Assembly (NCBI GenBank): GCA_036351155.1
Contig: JAZBOO010000374.1
Span: 1-55,881, forward strand
Length of the DNA stretch: 55,881 nt
Source of the DNA: Candidatus Krumholzibacteriia bacterium
Lineage (GTDB): Bacteria > Krumholzibacteriota > Krumholzibacteriia > LZORAL124-64-63
Reading direction: 5' to 3'
The notes beneath the pieces were generated by a model, which searched no databases, was not told where the DNA came from, and saw nothing but the letters and a program-made list of their open reading frames with translations. Shown here in pieces: positions 8,569 through 16,935 of the stretch. The first letter of the stretch is position 1; each line of letters opens with the position of its first letter. The translations under genes and the position numbers were made by a program.

Positions 8569-10520
8569 CCACCATGGACCAGGCTGACGGGAAGGAAACC
8601 GCAATGGCCGCCCTGACCACACGGACAATGTCCAGGATCTTGATGATCCTGCTCTTGATCACCGCCACGGCTCTGGTGGTTGGCTGTGGAGGCAAGGCCT
8701 CAACTCCGGCCACCGGCGAAGTGCGCCTGGCCGAGGAAGATCTGGAACAGGCCCAGCGTCTGTATGCCCAGCTCAAACGTGAATTCAGCCTGCGCCGGGA
8801 CCGCAAGACCCTGGAGCTGGCCGGCAATCTCCTGGACTACTATCGTGGATTCGAACGCAACGACGAGGTGCTGTCCCTGGCCATTCAGTCGGCTTACCGC
8901 CTGGGTGATCTGCGCCAGGCTCTGGCCTTGACCGATGAGTTCATGGCGAAATTCCCCAGCAGCCCCCTGGTGGACCAGCGCTTGAGTCGGGGCGCGGAAA
9001 TCGCTCTGGCCGCCCAGGATACCCTGGCGGCTGCCGACTACCTGATCCGTCACTACAATCGCGGGCCGGAACGGGCCACCCGCAGCAACGGCGAGCCCGC
9101 TGCCGGCTCCGTTCTGGAAACCCTCACGGTGGACCAGCTGGACACTTTCAGCGATCGCGACCGAGCTCTGCCGGTCTGGCCCTACCTGCAGTACCTGCAG
9201 GTGCGGAAGCTGCTGGAACAGGGAAAATATGCCCAGGCCGAGGCCGTGGGAGATGAAATGGTCCTTCTGGGGGAGGACAACACCTGGATGGGCAAGGTGC
9301 GGGATCTCCTGCGGGGGGGACACGACCAACCTGCCATGTTCACCCGCCCCAGCGGCCCGGTGAACGTGAACCGCGTGGGGGTGCTGGCCCCGTTGACCGG
9401 GCGGTATGCCGTGCTGGGCAATGCCTTTGTCGATGCCTGCCTGATGGCCCTGGACCAGGCCAACAACGAAACCGGCCGCCAGTTCGAACTCCTGGTGGAA
9501 GACACGGCGGGCAATCCCGTCAACAGTGCCCTGGTGACACGCCGCCTTTCCGGTGAAGAGGGCTGCATGGCCCTGTTCGGGGCCCTGATGAGCGATCCCA
9601 CCGCCACCGCCGCTGTGGTGGCTGATCAGTACGGGGTGCCCCTGGTTTCCCCGACGGCCACCAACGACCGCGTGTGGCAGCTGGGCGAGCGTATTTTCCA
9701 GACCAATCTGACGGGGTTCTACGAGGTGCGACTGCTGGCGCAGCTGGCCACCACGGTCCTGCTGAAGGAGCGGTTTGCCATCATATTCCCGGATGATCCG
9801 GAAGGCCGACGCAACGCCGAGGTTTTCACTGCCGAGATCGAGGCCTTTGGCGGCGAGGTGGTGGCCACGGCTTCCTTCCCGCCCCAGGGGACGGATTTCC
9901 GGGAGGCCATTCTCGAGGTCAAGGAACACCGCCCCGAGGTGGTGTTCTGCCCCGCCTCGGTGGATCAGATGGTCCTGCTGGGGCCCCAGCTGGACTTCTA
10001 CCACATGGGAGCCCTGCCTCTGGGCCTGAGCAACTGGAATTCACAGAAGTTGAAGGAACGGGCCGCCACCCAGCTGGAGCGGGCTCTCTTTCCCAGCGAT
10101 CAGGCTCTGATTCCGCCCGAATGGACCGCGGAATTCGAGATGCGCTGGGATGGCAGCAACTATCCCCGCGAGGCCTCGGCTCTGGCCCTGCGGGCCTACC
10201 AGTCCCTGCGGATGTTGCTGGACACCATGGCTTCGAGCGGGGCGGCCAATCGCGGGCAGCTGGCCGAGGCCCTGACCCGGCGCCTGGCCAACCGGGACTT
10301 CGAAGCCGAGGGGCCTGATTCGTTCGCCTCGGTGGTCCGGACCTTCCGCTCCCAGCAGGTCGTGCCTTTTCCTGCAGGACTGTTCACCGAATCCTGGGAG
10401 TTGACCGAGGGGGCCTGGGCGCCTGCCGATTCCACCGATACGGGACCGGGGGATCCTCCGGCACCTCTCGGGACCGAGGAGGGGACCGGGTCCAGCGAAG
10501 CTAGCCCTGATTCCCGGTGA
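8565..10520 (+). CDS. lipoprotein with N-terminal TPR-like helical region and C-terminal type-I periplasmic-binding (LivK/LppC-like) fold; LpoA-like architecture
   Basis: Lipobox LLITATALVVGCGG. PBP core VGVLAPLTGRYAVLGNAFVDACLMALDQANNETGRQFELLVEDTAGNP...GVPLVSPTATN. The ATG at 8565 overlaps the upstream stop (ATGA). ATG 8628, immediately before the signal peptide, is an alternative start. Confidence 0.7.
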   Translation: MTTMDQADGKETAMAALTTRTMSRILMILLLITATALVVGCGGKASTPATGEVRLAEEDLEQAQRLYAQLKREFSLRRDRKTLELAGNLLDYYRGFERNDEVLSLAIQSAYRLGDLRQALALTDEFMAKFPSSPLVDQRLSRGAEIALAAQDTLAAADYLIRHYNRGPERATRSNGEPAAGSVLETLTVDQLDTFSDRDRALPVWPYLQYLQVRKLLEQGKYAQAEAVGDEMVLLGEDNTWMGKVRDLLRGGHDQPAMFTRPSGPVNVNRVGVLAPLTGRYAVLGNAFVDACLMALDQANNETGRQFELLVEDTAGNPVNSALVTRRLSGEEGCMALFGALMSDPTATAAVVADQYGVPLVSPTATNDRVWQLGERIFQTNLTGFYEVRLLAQLATTVLLKERFAIIFPDDPEGRRNAEVFTAEIEAFGGEVVATASFPPQGTDFREAILEVKEHRPEVVFCPASVDQMVLLGPQLDFYHMGALPLGLSNWNSQKLKERAATQLERALFPSDQALIPPEWTAEFEMRWDGSNYPREASALALRAYQSLRMLLDTMASSGAANRGQLAEALTRRLANRDFEAEGPDSFASVVRTFRSQQVVPFPAGLFTESWELTEGAWAPADSTDTGPGDPPAPLGTEEGTGSSEASPDSR

Positions 10521-11250
10521 AATAGGGACTGTTGAAATTGTAGGGGAGCTGGATCCAGCGTCCGGCTCCCGGCTCCACCCGCCAGCCGAACTTCCATTGC
10601 TGTACCGCTTTCAGCACCTCGTCGGCGAACAGCCGGCCTCCCGTGTTGGCCATGACCATGGCCTCGGTCACCTCGCCCTGAGGGTTCACAAACACCGCCA
10701 CCAGAACGTAGATCGAGGGGATACGCCGATCATCCTCCGAGGCCTCCAGAGGGTATTCGGGGTGCACCTGGTGCAGGATGAACAGGTCGGGATTGGACTG
10801 GCGCGGCATGCTCAGCTCGACCTGGGCTCTGGTGGCCAGGTCGGCATCGGGGTTGAACTGGGTCACCGGCGTGATGACGTCGTTGGGAGGGGCCTCGGTG
10901 GCCGGGGGAACCGGCACCGTGCCTTCCGGGGAAATGTCCTCTTCCTCGATTTCCATGCGGGCCGGGGGAGGGGGGAGTTGCAGGCTCTTGGGGAGTCGGT
11001 GGACCTGATCCGGCCCTTCCTTGATGGTCACCTGCGGCATCAAAACCAGCTCCCCGGGGGCGCCGTAATGGGCCAGAGGATCTTCCTCGGGGTTGTACTC
11101 CGGTCCCAGCATGATCACCAGAACCACCAGCAAAATCGCCCCGATGGTGGCCCCCAGAATTCTTTTTCCGCCCGCCCGTTTGAAACTATCCTGGGCCTGA
11201 GTGGAGAACGATGAGGGCAGGGAGGGGCCTTGTGGTCGGAAACCGGTCAT
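10501..11250 (-). CDS. TonB-like energy transducer (TM anchor, Pro-rich linker, TonB_C domain)
   Basis: TM ILGATIGAILLVVLVIMLG, linker QLPPPPARMEIEEE..VPVPPATEAPP, C-terminus VHPEYPLEA...VFVNPQGEVTEAMVMANTGGRLFADEVLKAVQQWKF. The ATG at 11250 overlaps the amidase stop (ATGA). The track start at 11319 would overlap the amidase by 73 nt. Confidence 0.7.
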   Translation of the reverse strand: MTGFRPQGPSLPSSFSTQAQDSFKRAGGKRILGATIGAILLVVLVIMLGPEYNPEEDPLAHYGAPGELVLMPQVTIKEGPDQVHRLPKSLQLPPPPARMEIEEEDISPEGTVPVPPATEAPPNDVITPVTQFNPDADLATRAQVELSMPRQSNPDLFILHQVHPEYPLEASEDDRRIPSIYVLVAVFVNPQGEVTEAMVMANTGGRLFADEVLKAVQQWKFGWRVEPGAGRWIQLPYNFNSPYFTGNQG

Positions 11251-13661
11251 TTCAAGGGGCCTTCCAGCATCAGTCGGGGCTGTTGTCCGGGAGCCTGGTC
11301 CACGAACCAGAGCTGCCACTCCTTGCCCTGGTGCAGTTCCAGGGTGTGCCAGGGTACCAGATGGGGCAAGCCAGGATATCCCTCATATGCCTGCTCGTTC
11401 AAAGATAAGGAATCCAGCCCGGTGTCCAAAAACGATGAAGACGGATCCGGCCAGAAGAAGTTGCCGTCCACCAGGACCCAGTCCACCTCAGCCAGTGCCT
11501 TGTCCGGAGGAAGGGAAGCCATCAAACGCGGCAGATTCAGGGGCTGATCCAGAACGCGCTCTTCGCCCAGCGCGGCAGCACAGCCCAGCAAGAGGGCGCG
11601 GGCTTCGCGCTGGGAATAGGCCAGGGTGGCGGCCTGGAGTTCCCGATCCACGCTGAAAAGGCCCGGTAGGCGAACCTCCAGAGCTGGACAGGCGGTATGG
11701 CGCAAAAGGTACCCGTACGATTCCTCGATGACCGAGGTGAGGCCGGATTCCCCGACATTCCAGGGAGCCAGGGCCTGCTGCTGGGCCAGGGCCCACTTCT
11801 GCCCGGTGACGCTGCCTGGGTGGTGCCGGAGGGAAAGCCGGTCGATCTGGTCCGAGCGCCCGATGGTCAAGAACAGCTGAGCGCCCACCTGTTCGGCCAG
11901 CCGGACCTTGTCGTGGGGGAAGGGGGCCACCTCGCCCTGCCGGGTCAGGTGCACAGTCGCTCCGGCGCCTTCCAGAAGCTCCCTGGTGGCCTGGGCCACC
12001 GCGAGGTTCAACTCGCTGCCGCGCAGTCCCAGCGGACCGCGTCCCTCGCTGTCGGGGCCTCCCCCGGCGGGATCCAGGACGATCACGGCCCCCAGCAGGG
12101 ATGGCACCAGCGTTTCTGTCTGCCAGAATCGCCCGGTGGCGTCCACGGTGCGGGCGGTGTCCGGAACTCCCGGCGCAGGATCGACCAGGGGCAAAACACC
12201 CCGAGCCTCGATCCAGACGGGTTCCCGGGCTGCCACGGCCAGCATGGGGGCGGGGCCCGGGAAGTCAGGGTGCCCTTCACCGAATTGCCGGCGGTCCTGC
12301 CAGCCACCGGGAGGAATCCAGTCGGTCACATCGGGACGGCTTCCCCGCAGGGTCAGGAGGCGCCAGCTGTGCCCCGGAGCCGGTGGTTCGGCCAGGACCC
12401 CGCCGACCAGGTCCACCTTGGAAATCTGGGTCAGAAAAGCTCGCCCTTGCTCCAGGGGATCATCACCCTGGGCCGGCATCAGGGCCCACTGGCGGTGGAG
12501 GGTGGAGGCCTCAACGGAGCGCAAGCTGACCAGCTGGTGCGGCTGGACGCTGTGGTCGGCAGTTTCGCGGCTGACCCGCCAGGAAGGCCGAGAGTGCAGG
12601 GCGGGTAAAAGATGTGTATTTCGAGGCGGAGTGGAACGCCCGGCCAGATTTTTTCCCGTCAGGGTGAGAGTGGCCGGGTGGGACAATGGACGCCGCAGCC
12701 CTGGCCGCCAGGACACCTGGTATCCATCCGGGGAAATATGGACCAGCTGGGGATCTCCATCGAGGGTCAGGACAATGGATTGTGGGTCGGGGCCCGGTGC
12801 GTGCTCATCGAGGCCTGGCGCGAATTCCCAGTGTAAAACGGCAGGTGATGCGCCGGCGGCCAGGGACAGGGTGTCGGGCTGGCTGGGCCGCCAGGTGGGG
12901 GAACCGCCGGCAAAGTAATCCAGCAGTCCCAGAAAATAGGCCTGGGCTTCCAGCTCGTGGCTGGCCGCCAGACTCAGGCGCCCTTCCATGACCGGATTGC
13001 TGATCATGGCGGGTTCACCCAGCACGGCGGGCACCTGGGCATGGCGCAGTACGTGGAAATTCCCCGGGAGAATGCTGGCCGGGCTGATTTCCAGCTTCAG
13101 CACCAGCTGCCGGTGGATGCTCCGCGCCAGATCCAGGGCGGCCCCCTCGGCACCCAGAGGATAGTAGGTCTGGGTTTCGTTGATGGTGGGGTCGGCCGAA
13201 GCGGTGCTGTTGTGGTGAATGGAAAGGAAGACATCGGGTTGCCGCTGGTTGGCGAAGTCGACCCTGAAGGCCAGATCGGTACTCAGAAGGCTGTCCTCGG
13301 GGCTCAGGAAATCGTAATCGGCCGTCCTGGTCAGAAAAACCTCGGCCCCGGCCCATTCCAGCAGGCCGCGCAGGTAGAGGGCCACCCCCAGGTTAACTTC
13401 CGCCTCGGTCAGGCCTTCCGGCCCCACTGCCCCTCGAAAAAAACCTCCGTGGCCGGGGTCCACCACAATTCGCCGACCTTTCAGGGGCAAAAAGTCCCGG
13501 GTCCCGAAGGTTTCTCTGAGCTGATGGTAGCCGGGGATGTCCTGTGGAGCGGAGAGAGGAGCCGGAGGAGGTCCACCACATCCGGAAAAGGTGCCCAGGG
13601 CCAGGCCGACCAGAAGCAAAAAAAACAGGCGAATCAGGGGATTGAAAGTCATCAGCCACAT
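11247..13661 (-). CDS. N-acetylmuramoyl-L-alanine amidase lipoprotein with two Amidase_3-like domains (second appears catalytically dead)
   Basis: Lipobox LALGTFSGCGG. Domain 1: VVDPGHGG, TEAEVNLGVA, FLSIHHNS (metal ligands present). Domain 2: VLDPAGGG, SELNLAVA, FLTIGRSD (both His replaced). Confidence 0.85.
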   Translation of the reverse strand: MWLMTFNPLIRLFFLLLVGLALGTFSGCGGPPPAPLSAPQDIPGYHQLRETFGTRDFLPLKGRRIVVDPGHGGFFRGAVGPEGLTEAEVNLGVALYLRGLLEWAGAEVFLTRTADYDFLSPEDSLLSTDLAFRVDFANQRQPDVFLSIHHNSTASADPTINETQTYYPLGAEGAALDLARSIHRQLVLKLEISPASILPGNFHVLRHAQVPAVLGEPAMISNPVMEGRLSLAASHELEAQAYFLGLLDYFAGGSPTWRPSQPDTLSLAAGASPAVLHWEFAPGLDEHAPGPDPQSIVLTLDGDPQLVHISPDGYQVSWRPGLRRPLSHPATLTLTGKNLAGRSTPPRNTHLLPALHSRPSWRVSRETADHSVQPHQLVSLRSVEASTLHRQWALMPAQGDDPLEQGRAFLTQISKVDLVGGVLAEPPAPGHSWRLLTLRGSRPDVTDWIPPGGWQDRRQFGEGHPDFPGPAPMLAVAAREPVWIEARGVLPLVDPAPGVPDTARTVDATGRFWQTETLVPSLLGAVIVLDPAGGGPDSEGRGPLGLRGSELNLAVAQATRELLEGAGATVHLTRQGEVAPFPHDKVRLAEQVGAQLFLTIGRSDQIDRLSLRHHPGSVTGQKWALAQQQALAPWNVGESGLTSVIEESYGYLLRHTACPALEVRLPGLFSVDRELQAATLAYSQREARALLLGCAAALGEERVLDQPLNLPRLMASLPPDKALAEVDWVLVDGNFFWPDPSSSFLDTGLDSLSLNEQAYEGYPGLPHLVPWHTLELHQGKEWQLWFVDQAPGQQPRLMLEGPLK

Positions 13662-13902
13662 TCCCGAAGTTACGGATTACCAGTGAATAAACCTTTCGGG
13701 GGCCATGGTAGCGCACATCCCCGCTCTTGCAAAGCGGGGGTGGGAATTCTGGACATTCCGTCCGGGTTCTGATACATTCTGCCGGAAACAAAAGCCGGTC
13801 GGGGGCGCCCACCAGCGCCCGTCCGATGCCGGCTCTTTCTTGTTCCCGGGTGTTCCCGGCACATTCGGAAAATTCGAGCCATCCAGAAAGTTCCTTGGCC
13901 TC

Positions 13903-15339
13903 ATGACAGATCTCCAGGCGCGTTTGCGTGAAATCCCACAGGTCAGTGCCTTGCTGGAAGACCAGCGTATGGTCCCCTTGCTGACCGGTCGCCGGGCCCG
14001 GTGGATGACCAGGGTGGTCCAGCGGGTCGTGGAGCAATTGCGCGAGGAACTGAAAGCTGCCCAGGGGCCGATCCTGTTGCGCGACCAGCTGCTGGACCTC
14101 GCGGTGCAGCGCCTGCAGAAGGAGCACGCACGCCTGGTGGGTCCTTCCTGGCGTCGCGTTCTCAACGGGACCGGAGTGGTGGTCCACACCAATCTGGGGC
14201 GTTCCAATTTCCCCGAACCCGCCGCCGATGCGGCGCGGCAGGTGGCCCTTTTCAACAGCGACCTGGAATACGATCTGGCCGCCGGCACCCGGGGTCACCG
14301 GGGACGTCTGGTGGAGGAGAAGGCGGCCCTGCTGGCGGACGCCGAGGACGCCCTGATCGTCAACAACAACGCTGCGGCCTTCTGGCTGGCGGTGCGGTAT
14401 TTCAGTCAAGGTGGACCGGTGATTCTGAGCCGGGGTGAAGTCGTGGCCATTGGCGGTTCGTTCCGCATGCACGAAATCCTGGCCGAGACCGGCTGCCAGC
14501 TGGTGGAAATCGGCACCACCAACCGCACCAGCCTGGAGGATTACCGCCAGGCGATGGTGCCCGGGGCCACGGTCCTGAAGGTGCACCGCAGCAACTTCGT
14601 GGTCGAAGGATTCACCGAGGAAGTGGAGCTGCCCGAGCTGGCCGAACTTTGTCGCCAAAACGGGTGCCCGCTGGTATACGATGCGGGGAGCGGCGCGCTT
14701 TACCCGTATGGCGAGCTGGGTCTGCCCGACGAGGAACGTCTCCTGGCGGAAGATATGGCCACCGGCGCCGATCTGGTCACCTGCAGCGGGGACAAGCTGC
14801 TGGGGGGATGTCAGGCCGGCATCATTTTCGGGTCGCGGAAACATGTGGCCGGCCTGCGCAAGCACCCCATGCGCCGGGCTTTCCGGGTGGACAAGACCAC
14901 GCTGGCGGCTCTCGATACCGTCCTTGGCCTTTACCTGGAAGCCGAGGATTGCCCGGATATTCCCACCCTGTGCCAGCTGGGCAGCAGCCGGGAGTATCTG
15001 GAAGATCGGGCCAACCGTCTTCTGGCTGATCTTGCCGGGTCGGCCCCCGCCGGCTGGCAGGGAAAAGTGGTTCCGGGGCGGTCCAGCGTGGGTGGCGGAT
15101 CGTTTTCCGACACGCAGCTGGAATCGCGGCTGGTTCTGTTCACCGGCCCCAAGGAAGAACTCGAGGCCTGTCACCAGCTCCTGCGCCAAGGTGATCCGGC
15201 CCTGGTCGGCCGCATGAACCAGGAGGGCCTGGCCGTGGATGTGCGCACCTTGACCGAGCAGGAATTGCCCCTGGTTGTCGCGGCCTTCACGAAGGTATGG
15301 AAGAATCTGAACTCTCGCCGAGGAGATCATCGAGCATGA
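13903..15339 (+). CDS. selA: L-seryl-tRNA(Sec) selenium transferase
   Basis: MTDLQARLREIPQVSALL N-terminus, VLNGTGVVVHTNLGRS, NNNAAA, and FRVDK with the PLP lysine context (SGDKLLGG). The track ORF from 13705 is an upstream extension. Confidence 0.9.
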   Translation: MTDLQARLREIPQVSALLEDQRMVPLLTGRRARWMTRVVQRVVEQLREELKAAQGPILLRDQLLDLAVQRLQKEHARLVGPSWRRVLNGTGVVVHTNLGRSNFPEPAADAARQVALFNSDLEYDLAAGTRGHRGRLVEEKAALLADAEDALIVNNNAAAFWLAVRYFSQGGPVILSRGEVVAIGGSFRMHEILAETGCQLVEIGTTNRTSLEDYRQAMVPGATVLKVHRSNFVVEGFTEEVELPELAELCRQNGCPLVYDAGSGALYPYGELGLPDEERLLAEDMATGADLVTCSGDKLLGGCQAGIIFGSRKHVAGLRKHPMRRAFRVDKTTLAALDTVLGLYLEAEDCPDIPTLCQLGSSREYLEDRANRLLADLAGSAPAGWQGKVVPGRSSVGGGSFSDTQLESRLVLFTGPKEELEACHQLLRQGDPALVGRMNQEGLAVDVRTLTEQELPLVVAAFTKVWKNLNSRRGDHRA

Positions 15340-16868
15340 CCGAAAGCAGGGAATATCCCGGAAACTTGCCGCTGTTGCCCATGGGGCTGGGCGGTGCCCG
15401 TCTCGATTTCGACGCGGCCGAGGACTTCTGGCAGGCGGCTCGGAAAGTGACGGATGAATCTTCCCTGAAGGAGCACCTGGATCTGGCCATGTCCGGGGAA
15501 TCTTCCCCGCGCATCTGGCTTTTTCTGCATGAGCCCGGCGCTGCCAGCTTGAGCTGTGCGGCGGCTCTGGATATTGCCCGTGAACTGGGAGCCCGTGATC
15601 AGGCCGTCCTGATGCTGGACTGTGACGATCGCGAGTACGGGCTGACCCGCTGGGCGGGCCGCCAGGAAAAAGAGGGGTGGATCGACCTGGTCCTCTACGG
15701 GGCCTCGGTTCTGACCAGCGGAGTGGCCTTGCCCTTCGGCGGACGTCGCGGCTACGTGCTGGGAGTGGGGTCCTTCGTGCCCACGGATATCGAGCCTCAG
15801 GAGGCGCAGGATCTGATCCATCGCCTGAAGCGGCAGGCCGATGATCTGCTGCTGGTGGCCCCGGCCGATGACCTGGGCCAGATGTGGGCCAGGATGGCGG
15901 ATATCCGCTTGCTGTGCTGGGACAGGGCCCGGACCTCGGCGGCGGCCGTCGAGGAGATCTGTACGGCGTTCGAGGACTCGGGCGATCCGCTGACGGGGCT
16001 GATCGGTTTCGGACTGCCCGGGGAAGAGCTGCTTCCTGAGGTGGCTCCCGTGCAGGCCGATGATTCTCCAGCTGAGAAGGACGAAGTCCCCGGCCACGGT
16101 TTCGGTGACGAGGAACTCGTGGATCCGGTCCTGGCCGAAGAAACTCCTGCCGAATTTGAGAAGGAAGAAGTCGAGGAGGATGAGCCCGCTGAGCCCGCGC
16201 TGGCCGGCAGTGCTCCGGGTTCGGGCTCTTCCCGGGTTTTCTGGGTGATTGCCCTGGTGTGCTTGAGCGTCATCGTGGCGGCTTCATTTTTCTACTGGAA
16301 CAATATGCGGGTGACCGATCCGACCCTGGACAGGGGACGCGAGCCGGTGGTGGCATCGGCCGAACAGGCCGTTCCCGATTCCCCTCCGGAAGAGGTCGTG
16401 AACCAGCCCACCGAAGGGCCGCAGGATCTCCCCGAAGCCGGGGACACCACCGACCAGGAGACCATGGCCGCGGTGGATCAGGATCCCCCGATCACGAGTC
16501 CGGCCCAGGCCGATGTGGAGCAGCCCCCCCTGGTGCAGGACAGGCCCGAGGAGCCGATGGAGTCTTCTCCGTCCTCCGCTGCGCCCGAAACCCGTTTCAG
16601 CATGGACCCCTATCTGCAGGAAGTGGGCAGCGACGGCTGGGCTCTGCATCTCTACTCGCTGCCGGACCGCCCGTCGGCCGAGCAGCAGGCGGCCGCCCTG
16701 GAGAGGCGCGGCTTCCGCACCGAAATTCGTCCCTTTGTTCTGAAGGACAAGGGGCTGTGGTATCGGGTCTATGTGGGGAGCTTCCTGACCCGCCGCGAGG
16801 CGCTCGAGGCCAAGGATCCACTCCTGGAAACCCTGAACATCGATTGGGCTCGGGTGACGGAATTTTGA
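15336..16868 (+). CDS. bitopic membrane protein: cytoplasmic degenerate MinD/ParA-like domain, TM, acidic/Pro-rich linker, C-terminal SPOR domain
   Basis: C-terminus GWALHLYSLPDRPSAEQQAAALERRGFRTEIRPFVLKDKGLWYRVYVGSFLTRREA is a SPOR fold pattern. TM VFWVIALVCLSVIVAASFFYW. The ATG at 15336 overlaps the selA stop (ATGA). Confidence 0.75.
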   Translation: MTESREYPGNLPLLPMGLGGARLDFDAAEDFWQAARKVTDESSLKEHLDLAMSGESSPRIWLFLHEPGAASLSCAAALDIARELGARDQAVLMLDCDDREYGLTRWAGRQEKEGWIDLVLYGASVLTSGVALPFGGRRGYVLGVGSFVPTDIEPQEAQDLIHRLKRQADDLLLVAPADDLGQMWARMADIRLLCWDRARTSAAAVEEICTAFEDSGDPLTGLIGFGLPGEELLPEVAPVQADDSPAEKDEVPGHGFGDEELVDPVLAEETPAEFEKEEVEEDEPAEPALAGSAPGSGSSRVFWVIALVCLSVIVAASFFYWNNMRVTDPTLDRGREPVVASAEQAVPDSPPEEVVNQPTEGPQDLPEAGDTTDQETMAAVDQDPPITSPAQADVEQPPLVQDRPEEPMESSPSSAAPETRFSMDPYLQEVGSDGWALHLYSLPDRPSAEQQAAALERRGFRTEIRPFVLKDKGLWYRVYVGSFLTRREALEAKDPLLETLNIDWARVTEF

Positions 16869-16935
16869 TTCCCGGCCATCTTGTATCTTGCAGCCATCAT
16901 CCAGCGAAGACCGTGACGCACCGGAAGGTTCCCAA

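Noticed and set aside
13715-13790. tRNA-like hairpin (CCCCGCT-CTTGCAA-AGCGGGG) in the amidase/selA divergent region, considered as a possible tRNA or tRNA-Sec
   Set aside because: No matching acceptor stem, D arm or T arm (no GTTCRANNC) could be built on either strand. There is no UCA anticodon loop in the 241-nt region. It is probably just a promoter-region hairpin.
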